Origin: an uncultured archaeon
GTDB lineage: Archaea; Iainarchaeota; Iainarchaeia; Iainarchaeales; JAAZKV01
DNA length: 42,602 nucleotides
Assembly: GCA_964590155.1 (NCBI GenBank)
Contig: CAZPWC010000003.1
Coordinates: 19,402 to 62,003, forward strand
Direction of reading: 5' to 3'
The notes under the pieces are model-generated. The model was not told the DNA's origin and ran no database searches. It was given only the letters and a program-made list of their open reading frames with translations. Positions within the stretch are counted from its first letter, which is position 1, and each line of letters starts with the position of its first letter. The translations under genes and the position numbers were made by a program. This document shows, one piece after another, positions 8,451 through 17,523 of the stretch.

Positions 8451-9626
8451 TCAGTTTTTTCCTTTCCAATTAATTATTGGTTTAATATGTTTGTATATTT
8501 TTACACTTTCTTTTTGCCCTTTCATTACTTCGTTAATATTTTTGTAAGCAAAAGGGCTCTCATCAAGAGTTCCTATTTCAACTGTCGCCGTAATTCCTTT
8601 CATTGATTCAGAAAACTGTTCCATTGTCACTTCTTTTCTTGTTTGAGTTTTGCTCATTGCTCTTCCTGCTCCATGACTGCTTGACTCTAAGAAATTTTTA
8701 TTTCCTTTTCCAATTACAAGAAAGCACCCGTCCCTCATATTTCCAGGAATAACTCCCCTTTCTCCTTTTTTGCTTGGTGTAGCTCCTTTCCTATGAATAA
8801 ACTTATCACTTTTTCCAATTCTTTCAGCATTATTGTGGTTTTTGTTAACCCACAATTCATATTTTACCTCTACACCAAGAACTTCTTCAATATTTTTTAC
8901 AACAGTTTTTACTATTTCTTTTCTGTTAAGTAACGCAAGTTCCAGGCAAAAATTTAGAACGGCAAGATATTCTTTTCCTAATTGAGAATTATTGTCAATC
9001 GGAAAGGTTTGTTCAAACCCTCCAACAATTTCTTTTCCTTTAGAGAATTGTTCCTGTGCTTTTTTCATATAAAGTCCAGCCACGTGGTGTCCAACATTTC
9101 GTGAGCCAGAGTGAACTATTAACCACGCTTCTTTTTTGTTTTCGCCAAGTTCAATAAAATGATTTCCGTGACCTAATGAACCAATATTGCTCAGCGCTTT
9201 TCTTTTTATCCACTTAAATAGTTCAGCATCATGCTGGCTTTTCTCTAAATTTGCAAGTATCTTTTTGTATGCTTCTTTTGTCTCTTTGCTCACTTTGTGT
9301 TCCGCATTAAGATGCCCCAGCCCCATAGGAACTTCTTTATTTATTTTTTCATAAATTTCTTTTCTTTTCTTCTTTATCTTGTCCAAAACATTTTTTCCTT
9401 TAAGTAGAATGGCAGTTACTCCGCAACCAATATCATAACCAACCCAGGAAGGGACAACCATTTTTTTGGTAATAATTACCGCGCCAATAGGGGCAACATA
9501 CCCATAATGTGCATCAGGCATTAGCGCGCCATCAATAACAAAATCTTGTTTTATGCAATCCTCAAATTGTCTTTTTGTTGACTCCTCAAGGTTTTTTGCA
9601 TAAATCTTTTCTTTTTTATTTTTCAT
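8451..9626 (-). CDS. rtcB: RtcB-family RNA ligase, short bacterial-like type (about 391 aa)
   Basis: MPDAHYGY, VGYDIGCG, GSLGHGNHFIE, HSGSR, HRKGAT, SHGAGR, DESPFAYK. Start set at ATG 9626 after the AAGGGA SD. Confidence 0.95.
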   Translation of the reverse strand: MKNKKEKIYAKNLEESTKRQFEDCIKQDFVIDGALMPDAHYGYVAPIGAVIITKKMVVPSWVGYDIGCGVTAILLKGKNVLDKIKKKRKEIYEKINKEVPMGLGHLNAEHKVSKETKEAYKKILANLEKSQHDAELFKWIKRKALSNIGSLGHGNHFIELGENKKEAWLIVHSGSRNVGHHVAGLYMKKAQEQFSKGKEIVGGFEQTFPIDNNSQLGKEYLAVLNFCLELALLNRKEIVKTVVKNIEEVLGVEVKYELWVNKNHNNAERIGKSDKFIHRKGATPSKKGERGVIPGNMRDGCFLVIGKGNKNFLESSSHGAGRAMSKTQTRKEVTMEQFSESMKGITATVEIGTLDESPFAYKNINEVMKGQKESVKIYKHIKPIINWKGKN

Positions 9627-9642
9627 CAAAAATCCCTTTGTT

Positions 9643-10035
9643 TTATAAAAAAAATGCTGTTTTTTTTTCTTTGTCCACGCTCGCATTAGTTATTCTTTTT
9701 ATTTCTTTTTTTATTAACCCTTTGTTTTTGGGTTTTTCTCCAAAAACAACTCCGTCTAACTCTAAAGAATTTTCTCCATTTTCACTAATTTTTTCTATTA
9801 TTTTTACTCTAAATTGAGAGTAAATCATTTTTTTATTCTCTCTTAACAAAAGCAATTCATTTAAGTAATTCACTAAAAGTTCATCATAGGTTTTTCCGCT
9901 AACCCTTAATTTTGCGCTTTTTTTTGGATCTATTTTTTCTATGTCAGTAATTTCTTTGAATAATGCTTTTCCGCAATTTGAGAAAGTTTCTTCTATATTT
10001 TTCCCTTGGATAAGTATCTTTTTTGTTTCAACCAA
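9643..10035 (-). CDS. Archease (divergent)
   Basis: GKNIEETFSN..ALF, DELLVNYLNELL, GE, EIK pattern; immediately upstream of rtcB. Lacks the N-terminal HTAD and C-terminal D-hydrophobic motifs. Confidence 0.8.
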   Translation of the reverse strand: MVETKKILIQGKNIEETFSNCGKALFKEITDIEKIDPKKSAKLRVSGKTYDELLVNYLNELLLLRENKKMIYSQFRVKIIEKISENGENSLELDGVVFGEKPKNKGLIKKEIKRITNASVDKEKKTAFFL

Positions 10036-10116
10036 AAAATCCCTTCTCTTTAAAGAACTTTGAAATAAAGGGTTTAAGAAAACTGGCTTTTGCTTTGGGG
10101 AATAAGGGTTAAGGGT

Positions 10117-10395
10117 CTACTTTAGCATTAAGTCCAAATCAGCGTGCCCGCGCTCTTCGCTCGCTAAAATTAGTAAAAACCTTAATGCGATAAGGGCCCA
10201 GATGAGGTTAAGCAGAGCAAAAATCCATGCTCCTGTAAGGTAAGCATAAATCCCTAAAATAATGGCTCCTACAAAATTTAAGCCATTGTATACTTTTGTT
10301 CTCCTTGCAATCTTTCTTTTTTTGTTATTGATATAAAAAGCGCCCAAAAGGCAAATAATCCCAAGAACACCAAAAGCCTCAAACATTATTTCCAT
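10117..10395 (-). CDS. Small three-TM membrane protein (CBU_0592-like)
   Basis: GVLG..LL.AF, Y..LNFVGA..L..YA, F..LN.IW pattern. Confidence 0.6.
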   Translation of the reverse strand: MEIMFEAFGVLGIICLLGAFYINNKKRKIARRTKVYNGLNFVGAIILGIYAYLTGAWIFALLNLIWALIALRFLLILASEERGHADLDLMLK

Positions 10396-10484
10396 ACTTG
10401 GATTAGTGTTAAAGAAATTAATAAGAGTATCGGGCAGAACAAAAAAGTGTTTTCTGCCTTTTAACTTAAGAAATGTTAAATAGT

Positions 10485-10793
10485 TTATCCTTTCAATTCA
10501 ATTTCTAAGTGAACATTTTCAGGTATTTCTACTCTCATTACTCTTTTTAGGGTCCTTTCATCAGCTTGTATGTCTAATATTCTTTTGTGAACTCTCATCT
10601 GCCAGCGTTCGTAACTCTCAGTTCCGCCGCCGCATGGACCTTTTCTTGTAGCAACAGTCATTTTTTTTGTAGGCAAAGGAATTTTTCCAGAGTGTTTTGC
10701 CCCTGTTCTTTCAGCAACTTCAAGTATTTTGTTGCAAATGTCTTCAAGTGTTTTATAATCTGTTCCGGTTAATTTTATTCTCGCTGTCTGCAT
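10485..10793 (-). CDS. rps10: 30S ribosomal protein uS10
   Basis: ARIKLTG, IPLPTKK, RKGPCGGGTESYERWQMRVHKR. Confidence 0.98.
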   Translation of the reverse strand: MQTARIKLTGTDYKTLEDICNKILEVAERTGAKHSGKIPLPTKKMTVATRKGPCGGGTESYERWQMRVHKRILDIQADERTLKRVMRVEIPENVHLEIELKG

Positions 10794-10870
10794 TTTCCCA
10801 CCTACTTCGCTTGTAAAAATAATAGCAGGAAGATGAAAAAAACTTCATCTCCCCCTAAATTATCTTTCAT

Positions 10871-12139
10871 TTATTCTCTCTTTTCTACTGATAATATGAT
10901 ACCAGCAGCAACTGTTTGTCCCATATCTCTGATAGCAAATCTACCAAGTTGTGGGAAATCTTTGAATGCTTCAACACAAACAGGTTTTGTTGGTGTTATC
11001 TTTACTATAGCTGCATCCCCTGCTTTCAAGAACTTTGGATTCTCTTCCAAAGTAGCCCCAGTTTTTGGGTCTAATTTTTTCTTGATTTCTGTCAAAGTCA
11101 TAGACATTTGTACAGTGTGCATGTGGAACACTGGAGTGTAACCAATTGGAATAGCTGTTGGGTGATTCAAAACAACAATTTGTGCTTCGAATGATTTTGC
11201 AACAGTTGGCGGATTAGTTACTAAACCAATAACGTCTCCTCTTCCCATATCTTCAGAACCTAAGCCTCTAACAGAGAAACCAATGTTGTTTCCTGGTTTA
11301 GCTATGGTTAATTGTGTATGGTGTTCTTCCATTGTTTTTACTTCCCCTTGTTTTCCTGAAGGCATTACAACAACTTTGTCGCCTGGCTTCATTGAACCTG
11401 TTTCAATTCTTCCAACAGGGATAGCTCCAACACCTTTGATGCTATAAACATCTTGTATAGGCAATCTCAATGCTTTGTCTATTGGTGATGGTGGTGCTTG
11501 TAAATCATCTAAAGTTTCAAGCAAAGTTTTTCCTGTATACCAAGGCATGTTTGTTGTCTTGTGTACAACATTATCTCCTCTCCATGAAGAGATTGGAACA
11601 AACTTTATGTTATCAGTTTTGAATCCAACGCCGCTAAGCAATTTGTTTGCTTCGTCTTTAACTTCGTTGTATCTTTTCTGATCATAATTTATTTCATCCA
11701 TCTTGTTCAAAGCAACAACGATTTGTCTTATACCCATAACTTGAGCTAAGAAAGCGTGTTCCTTTGTTTGTGGTTGAACTCCTTCTTTTGTAGCAACAAC
11801 CAAAACAGCAACATCAGCTTGTGAAGTTCCTGTAATCATGTTCTTTACAAAATCTCTGTGCCCTGGAGCATCAATTATTGTGAACATGTGTTTTTGTGCT
11901 TCAAATTTTTTATAAGAAACATCAATTGTAACTCCTCTTTCTCTTTCTTCTTTAAGGTTATCCATTACGTACGCGAAAACGAATGTTCCCTTTCCTCTTG
12001 ATTTAGCTTCTTCTTCTAATTTTCTATAATCCTGTTCTGATAGAGCGCCTCCATCATAAAGTAATCTTCCAACAGTTGTAGACTTTCCGTGATCAACGTG
12101 CCCAATAAAAACAACGTTGATTAATTCTTTTTCTGCCAT
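10871..12139 (-). CDS. tuf: Translation elongation factor EF-1 alpha
   Basis: [49 protein letters not shown]. Confidence 0.99.
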   Translation of the reverse strand: MAEKELINVVFIGHVDHGKSTTVGRLLYDGGALSEQDYRKLEEEAKSRGKGTFVFAYVMDNLKEERERGVTIDVSYKKFEAQKHMFTIIDAPGHRDFVKNMITGTSQADVAVLVVATKEGVQPQTKEHAFLAQVMGIRQIVVALNKMDEINYDQKRYNEVKDEANKLLSGVGFKTDNIKFVPISSWRGDNVVHKTTNMPWYTGKTLLETLDDLQAPPSPIDKALRLPIQDVYSIKGVGAIPVGRIETGSMKPGDKVVVMPSGKQGEVKTMEEHHTQLTIAKPGNNIGFSVRGLGSEDMGRGDVIGLVTNPPTVAKSFEAQIVVLNHPTAIPIGYTPVFHMHTVQMSMTLTEIKKKLDPKTGATLEENPKFLKAGDAAIVKITPTKPVCVEAFKDFPQLGRFAIRDMGQTVAAGIILSVEKRE

Positions 12140-12248
12140 TTTTATTCCCTCCGATCAAAATCGCATTTAAAAAAACCATCAAAATGGTTATTTCGCGTTA
12201 CTAGCGATTTTAAGCCGTTCACCAGGCAACGCATTAACTTAAATTTCG

Positions 12249-12268
12249 TGAAGAAAGCTTTTAAAGGG
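12249..12268 (-). promoter_or_regulatory. TATA-box promoter of tuf-rps10
   Basis: Minus strand reads CCCTTTAAAAGCTTTCTTCA, about 120 nt upstream of the tuf start. Confidence 0.5.
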
Positions 12269-12308
12269 TTAGCTTTTCGACAAAAAAAAGAGACGGTTAG
12301 GTAATTTA

Positions 12309-12905
12309 TTATCCTCTTTTTACGGCAATAAACCTTACGGGACGTGCGCTTGGTTTGGTTTTAGCTAGTTCAAAATGCTTGCGCATTTCGGTGGTGGCGT
12401 TTTTTTGGTTTTCAGGAACATCAAAAAAGCGTGTTTCAATGAAATCATGGTTTCCCAAAAGGGCATCTATGTCTCCAACAGCTCCGGCTTGAACGGTAAG
12501 AAATAACCTGCCATTTTTGTCTAGGACCCTTTTTACTTCTTTGAGCAAAGTTGGGAAAAGAACTTTTGTTGATACACGAATTTTTGGCATACCTTGTTTT
12601 GTAAATCCGTCTATTTTTGAACTTGCTTCAGTTAGGTCGAAAAAATCCATATTTACTACATCAAGACTCCTTGAAGGCAGTTTTCTTAATTTTGCTTCCG
12701 CGTCTCCTATCATTAGTTTTACATTGTGTTGTCTTGATGGAACAAAAGTGAATTGTCTTTCTTTTTCCATCCCATAAAAAAATCTGTTTTTGCTTCTCGC
12801 TCTTCTAGCGTAACGCGCAATTCGCTGTGCTTCTCCATGCCCAATATCAAGCATGCGTAATCTTTTTGCGCTAGGTGTTCTTTTCCTTGGTTTGGTAGGA
12901 GGCAT
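12309..12905 (-). CDS. Divergent class I SAM-dependent methyltransferase-like protein with basic N-terminus
   Basis: MLDIGHGE (motif I), FYGMEK, IGDAE, LPSRSLDVVNMDF, LLKEVKRVLDKNGRLFL. Motif order resembles TrmB-type enzymes. Confidence 0.65.
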   Translation of the reverse strand: MPPTKPRKRTPSAKRLRMLDIGHGEAQRIARYARRARSKNRFFYGMEKERQFTFVPSRQHNVKLMIGDAEAKLRKLPSRSLDVVNMDFFDLTEASSKIDGFTKQGMPKIRVSTKVLFPTLLKEVKRVLDKNGRLFLTVQAGAVGDIDALLGNHDFIETRFFDVPENQKNATTEMRKHFELAKTKPSARPVRFIAVKRG

Positions 12906-12948
12906 AACTAAGTTATGTTAAGCCGAAGTTATTAAGTTTTTTGTTTTG

Positions 12949-12981
12949 AAAAAAATGTTGTGAAGAGCGAAAAGCCCTTCA
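12949..12981 (-). terminator. Terminator after EF-2
   Basis: Minus strand TGAAGGGC-TTTTC-GCTCTTCA imperfect stem followed by T7. Confidence 0.55.
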
Positions 12982-13011
12982 CTAAATTAGTTTTAAACTT
13001 GTTCTAAAATC

Positions 13012-15204
13012 TTACTCAAGGAAATATTGCCATGATTTCATTTCTGAAGGCATTCCTTTTCTTTTCCTGATTTCTGCAACAGTTATTGATTGCATTTCTC
13101 TTGGAAGTACTTCATAACCGTAGTATTCAGCGGTCCATTGTGCTCTTCCTTGTGTTGCACTTCTCATAGCTGAACTGAAACCAATTAATTCTTTCACAGG
13201 AGCTTTTCCTATAATTATTGAAGAATCTCCTTCGGTTTTCATTTCAGTGATTTGTACTCTTCTTGTTCCTAGTTCGCGTGAAGCAGCACCCATTTGACTT
13301 TCAGGGATTGTAATAGCTAGGATTTGTTTTGGTTCGTATAGTTGTGTTCCTGCTTGTAACATGCATGCATAAATTCCTCTAGTTACTGCAGGCAATACTT
13401 GCGAGGGTCCTCTGTGGATTGCATCTTCGTGCAAAGTTGCATCATCTAATTCAATTATTATTCCTTGGCATCTTTCTTTTGCTAAAGGGCCTTCGTTCAT
13501 TGCATCAGTGAATCCTTGAACAACTAGTTCTCTAATTTCGTGCAATGCTTGTATTCCTCTTGTTTTGTCAATTAAAGCACATCCATTAATAACAGCCCAT
13601 ACTTTTCTTGAAGTATCAGTATCAAAACCAACTTGCTTTAATTTTTCAATTGATTCAGGGTGTTTTGGTTTTATTTTTCCATTTAATCTTGTTTCAACAA
13701 TATTGTTGTAAATATTTTCTGGCATTGGAATTGCGCGCATTTTGAATTTATTGTGTTTGTTTGGCGACTTTGATTCCAAAACGTCACTTTCTCCAGTAAT
13801 ACTTTCATGGTAAACAACTATTGGAGGAGATTGTTGTATTTGTATTTTGTGATTATTTACTATTCTGTAAATATTAACTTCTAAGTGTAGTTCTCCCATT
13901 CCTGAAAGTAAGTGTTCTCCTGTTTCTTGATTAATTGTTGCTCTCAAGTTAGGATCTTCTTTTTGTAATTTTCTCAAAGCTTCAATTAATTTTGGTAAAT
14001 CTTTAGGATCTTTTGCTTCGATTGAAATAGTCATTACCGGCTCCGCAGAGCTCATAAAACTTTCAAAAGGCTTCATGTCTATTGAAGAAATTGTTTCTCC
14101 AGCGTAAACATCTTTTAGTCCTACAAGAGAAGCGATATTCCCTGCTTGTGATTTTCCTACCGGTAAAAAATCGTTTCCAAAAAATATTCCTACTTTTTGT
14201 ACTTTCACTTCTTTTAATCCTGCAATTAATTTTACTATGTCACCAGGTCTTATTGTTCCTGAATAAATTCTTCCAGTCGCAACATCTCCTGCGTGCGGGT
14301 CAACAGAAACATCAGTTATAACCATTGAGAGTGGAGCATTAGGATCGCATTTTTGCATTGATTTTGCTATTTCTGTTTCCATATCTCCTCCCCAAATTTT
14401 TTTAATTCTGTATTCTTGTGCTTTCAGAGGAGAAGGTAAGTGTGTAACAACCATTTGTAGCACAACTTCGTGTACTGGAGAAATTTTTGCTAACTCATCT
14501 TCTTTGTCTTCTTTCAAATAATTATAAACTTGTTTGAAATTAATTCCTGTTTTTTGCATGTGAGCTACAGAGATTCCCCACTTTCTTTTTGCAGAACCAA
14601 AACCAACAGTTCCTTTTTGGATACTAACTTGCCATTCATTTTTGAATTGCTCAGGCGCGTTTCTTTCAATAAGAGTATTTACTTGCGCAATAACTTTTAC
14701 AAATTTGTCTTGCATTTGTTGTTCAGTAGCATTTAATTCTTTTATAATTCGATCAACTTTGTTAATAAATAAAACAGGTCTAACATATTCTTTTAGTGCT
14801 TGTCTGATAACAGTTTCTGTTTGAGGCATTACTCCTTCAACAGCATCAACTAAAAGTATTACTCCGTCAACAGCTCTCATTGCTCTAATAACTTCTCCAG
14901 TAAAATCAACGTGTCCTGGGGTATCAATTAAATTAACAATGTGTTTTTTTCCTTGCCATTCAAACACCATTGAAATATTAGCAGAATTAATTGTAATTCC
15001 TCTGTCTTGTTCTTGGTCTTCATAATCCATTACTTGTGCTTCTCCAGCCAAGTTGTAATTAATTAATCCAGCAGCAGCAACTAAAGAATCAGATAGAGTG
15101 GTTTTTCCGTGATCAATGTGGGCAACAGTACCGATGTTTCTAATATCGTCTCTGCCTCCCATTAAGTTTTCAACTGTTATTGCCATGTCTTCTTTTCGTC
15201 CCAA
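13012..15204 (-). CDS. fusA: Translation elongation factor EF-2
   Basis: AHIDHGKTT, RGITI, DTPGHVDF, GMGELHLE, diphthamide loop HEDAIHRG. Start reassigned to TTG at 15204 (MGRKEDM) after the GGTGG SD. Confidence 0.98.
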   Translation of the reverse strand: MGRKEDMAITVENLMGGRDDIRNIGTVAHIDHGKTTLSDSLVAAAGLINYNLAGEAQVMDYEDQEQDRGITINSANISMVFEWQGKKHIVNLIDTPGHVDFTGEVIRAMRAVDGVILLVDAVEGVMPQTETVIRQALKEYVRPVLFINKVDRIIKELNATEQQMQDKFVKVIAQVNTLIERNAPEQFKNEWQVSIQKGTVGFGSAKRKWGISVAHMQKTGINFKQVYNYLKEDKEDELAKISPVHEVVLQMVVTHLPSPLKAQEYRIKKIWGGDMETEIAKSMQKCDPNAPLSMVITDVSVDPHAGDVATGRIYSGTIRPGDIVKLIAGLKEVKVQKVGIFFGNDFLPVGKSQAGNIASLVGLKDVYAGETISSIDMKPFESFMSSAEPVMTISIEAKDPKDLPKLIEALRKLQKEDPNLRATINQETGEHLLSGMGELHLEVNIYRIVNNHKIQIQQSPPIVVYHESITGESDVLESKSPNKHNKFKMRAIPMPENIYNNIVETRLNGKIKPKHPESIEKLKQVGFDTDTSRKVWAVINGCALIDKTRGIQALHEIRELVVQGFTDAMNEGPLAKERCQGIIIELDDATLHEDAIHRGPSQVLPAVTRGIYACMLQAGTQLYEPKQILAITIPESQMGAASRELGTRRVQITEMKTEGDSSIIIGKAPVKELIGFSSAMRSATQGRAQWTAEYYGYEVLPREMQSITVAEIRKRKGMPSEMKSWQYFLE

Positions 15205-15213
15205 AAAACCACC

Positions 15214-15233
15214 TGCCCAGTTTCGGCTGGGCA
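15214..15233. repeat. Dispersed GC-rich palindrome, copy 1
   Basis: TGCCCAGTTTCGGCTGGGCA; its reverse complement matches 29579-29598 at 19 of 20 positions. Confidence 0.7.
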
Positions 15234-15308
15234 CAGCGATTTACACTATGCACTGCCTTTTGCAGTGCTGTAGTGGCTTACCCAACTTATTCTGGTTATA
15301 AAAATTAT

Positions 15309-16154
15309 TTACCTACTTGCTTTTGCAATTCTTTCCACTTCTTCTCTTCTTTTCGTTGCTGAGCTCTTCTGGTCTCCAGCAGCACAAGCAATTATTTCTT
15401 CAGCCAAGGCTTCTTCTGCGCTCACTTTTTTGTTAAATGATCCGCCAAAACCAGCTAAAGCAATGTTTTTCAAAGCGTCATCTAGTCTTCTTATTGGAGA
15501 AACATCAACAGCTAGTGAATAAGCAACTCCGCCTTTTTTTATTCTTGTAACATCTTCTCTTGGTGCTGCGTTTTCAATTGCGTCAACCAAAACCTGTACT
15601 GGGTTCTTTTTTGTTTTTGTTTCAATAATACTAAATGCTCTTTCAACTATTTGCAAGCATTGCAATTTTTTTCCGCAAGATCCGCGTCCTCTAATATATT
15701 TTCCACTGAGTTTTCTTTTTCCCTGTCCACTTCTCATTATTTTGTTTATCAATCTTTCAACAACATTAATGTCTGCTTTGGCGAATTTTCCTTGACTTTT
15801 TCTTCCAAAAGTGTGAGGAATTATTACCGTGTCAAGGTTAACGTACCTTGCTAAGCCAAGGTCGTTTATTACAACTTCGCTTGTGTCCCACTTGTTAAAC
15901 ATTTTATATCCTGGGAAATTGTTTCTCTTTTTTACAAATATTGGTTTGCTGTCTTTTTGTTCTGGATAATCATTTTGTCGTTCATATCTTGGTCGAAACT
16001 CTCTGTGGGGTGCTTTTTGTGTATCTGTGTGTGTTTTTTCTTTTGCAGGGTGTGTTCCTTCAGCCTTTTTTGTATCCGTAGAAATCGGCGCTTTTTCATT
16101 AGCTTCGATTTTTTCTTGTTTTACTTCTTCAGCGATTTTTGTTTCTTCAACCAT
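15309..16154 (-). CDS. rps7: 30S ribosomal protein uS7 with long N-terminal extension
   Basis: FNKWD, VERLINK, NPVQVLVDAIENAAPRED, VDVSPIRR, EEVERIAKASR. Start at ATG 16154 after GGAGTGA. Confidence 0.97.
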   Translation of the reverse strand: MVEETKIAEEVKQEKIEANEKAPISTDTKKAEGTHPAKEKTHTDTQKAPHREFRPRYERQNDYPEQKDSKPIFVKKRNNFPGYKMFNKWDTSEVVINDLGLARYVNLDTVIIPHTFGRKSQGKFAKADINVVERLINKIMRSGQGKRKLSGKYIRGRGSCGKKLQCLQIVERAFSIIETKTKKNPVQVLVDAIENAAPREDVTRIKKGGVAYSLAVDVSPIRRLDDALKNIALAGFGGSFNKKVSAEEALAEEIIACAAGDQKSSATKRREEVERIAKASR

Positions 16155-16186
16155 AACATTCACTCCGCAAAATTTATTTTAATTCA

Positions 16187-16618
16187 TTACCTCTTTGACT
16201 TCTCTTTCTTTCCTGACCTAAGCATTTGTAGAGCCACTCCATTAACGTGAGTAACTTTGTATTTTACTCCCCATAAATCTCCATATGGTCCGCCTTGTGC
16301 TCCGCCGAGTCCAGCAACTATTACTTCGTCGTGTTCATCAATAAACTTTATTGCTCCATCTCTTGGTGCTAGCGCTGTTAATTCTTTTCCGTTCTTAATT
16401 AATTGTACTCTAACACATTTTCTTATTCCTGAGTTTGGCTGTTTTGCTTCAACTCCTCTCTTTTCTAAAACAATTCCTCTTCCTTGTGGAGATCCTTCAA
16501 GCAAGTCTTTGTGGATATTATTTTTTGCTCTAATTTTCTTTAAGTGTCTTACGTCTTTTTTTCTCCACTTTTTTCTCTTTTTTTCAAGACTATGCCCTGC
16601 AAATTCTCCATTACCCAT
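16187..16618 (-). CDS. rps12: 30S ribosomal protein uS12
   Basis: [39 protein letters not shown]. Confidence 0.98.
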   Translation of the reverse strand: MGNGEFAGHSLEKKRKKWRKKDVRHLKKIRAKNNIHKDLLEGSPQGRGIVLEKRGVEAKQPNSGIRKCVRVQLIKNGKELTALAPRDGAIKFIDEHDEVIVAGLGGAQGGPYGDLWGVKYKVTHVNGVALQMLRSGKKEKSKR

Positions 16619-16644
16619 TCAATCACTCTCTAAAATCTTTTTCA

Positions 16645-17055
16645 TCATTTAACTATCAAATCTAATTCATAATTTCTTTTAAGCAACTCTTTTAGCCGTT
16701 TAAGCCTTCCAATATTGCCCAAAACCTTTCTTTTGCTTGCGGAATCCATTAAAACAACTAATTTCCCGTTGTTTATTTTCGCTGAACTTACTTTTACTTC
16801 AAAAGTACTTTCAACAACCGCTTCAGGTTTTTCTGAGTATGCAACAATCTCAATTTTTCTTTTGAGTTTTTGCTCCAACTCTTTTACATTAACCGCTTTG
16901 CGGCCAATCGCTTTCCCTACTTCTTTTTCGTTCACGAAGAACGAAACAAGATTACCACTAATGAGGCAATCTTTTGCCGAAACGCCTGACACATGGGTCA
17001 ATGCGTTCATCAACAAAATATCATCCATTGTGAGTTTCATTCTTTCACTACTCAC
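16645..17055 (-). CDS. nusA: Archaeal NusA (KH-domain transcription factor)
   Basis: KDCLI, VGKAIGRKAVNVK, KIEIVAYS; canonical position between eL30 and uS12. Confidence 0.92.
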   Translation of the reverse strand: MSSERMKLTMDDILLMNALTHVSGVSAKDCLISGNLVSFFVNEKEVGKAIGRKAVNVKELEQKLKRKIEIVAYSEKPEAVVESTFEVKVSSAKINNGKLVVLMDSASKRKVLGNIGRLKRLKELLKRNYELDLIVK

Positions 17056-17076
17056 TTTGACTCAGCTTTGCCGAGC

Positions 17077-17373
17077 TTATTGATTTAACTCCAATACATT
17101 ACTTTTTCCAGCGTCAAGAACAACCATTGCCGATATAACAAAGGGTTTTCCGCAAACACTTCCTAAAGTTAATCCGTTTTCAGGGTACTCAAAAAACTTT
17201 TTTCCCTCAACTTTTGCTAAATGCGCTAAAGATTCTTTGTCATTTTGTGGAAGGTTTGAGCAAACAATAATTATTTCTCCTTTTCCTGACAAAAGACTTT
17301 TTTTGCAACCTTTAAGTCCAAAAGATACTTTTCCTGTATCAACCGCACGTCTAATCTCTTTATTTGCATCCAT
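17077..17373 (-). CDS. rpl30e: 50S ribosomal protein eL30
   Basis: MDANKEIRRAVDTGKV, LGSVCGKPF, DAGKSNVL. Start reassigned to ATG 17373. Confidence 0.96.
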   Translation of the reverse strand: MDANKEIRRAVDTGKVSFGLKGCKKSLLSGKGEIIIVCSNLPQNDKESLAHLAKVEGKKFFEYPENGLTLGSVCGKPFVISAMVVLDAGKSNVLELNQ

Positions 17374-17523
17374 AAAAATCACTGCACATTTTTCATTTCG
17401 AAAATTATTGCTCACCAATTTCTTGAGAAATTTGCTTTAGAGAAAAAGTAATAATATTACTACCCCCTACTCCATCAAAAGCATCGCTTTTGACTTCTCA
17501 AGGCTTAAAACTAAAATAAACTT

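Noticed and set aside
13400-13440. Loss of the EF-2 diphthamide site
   Set aside because: HEDAIHRG is intact.
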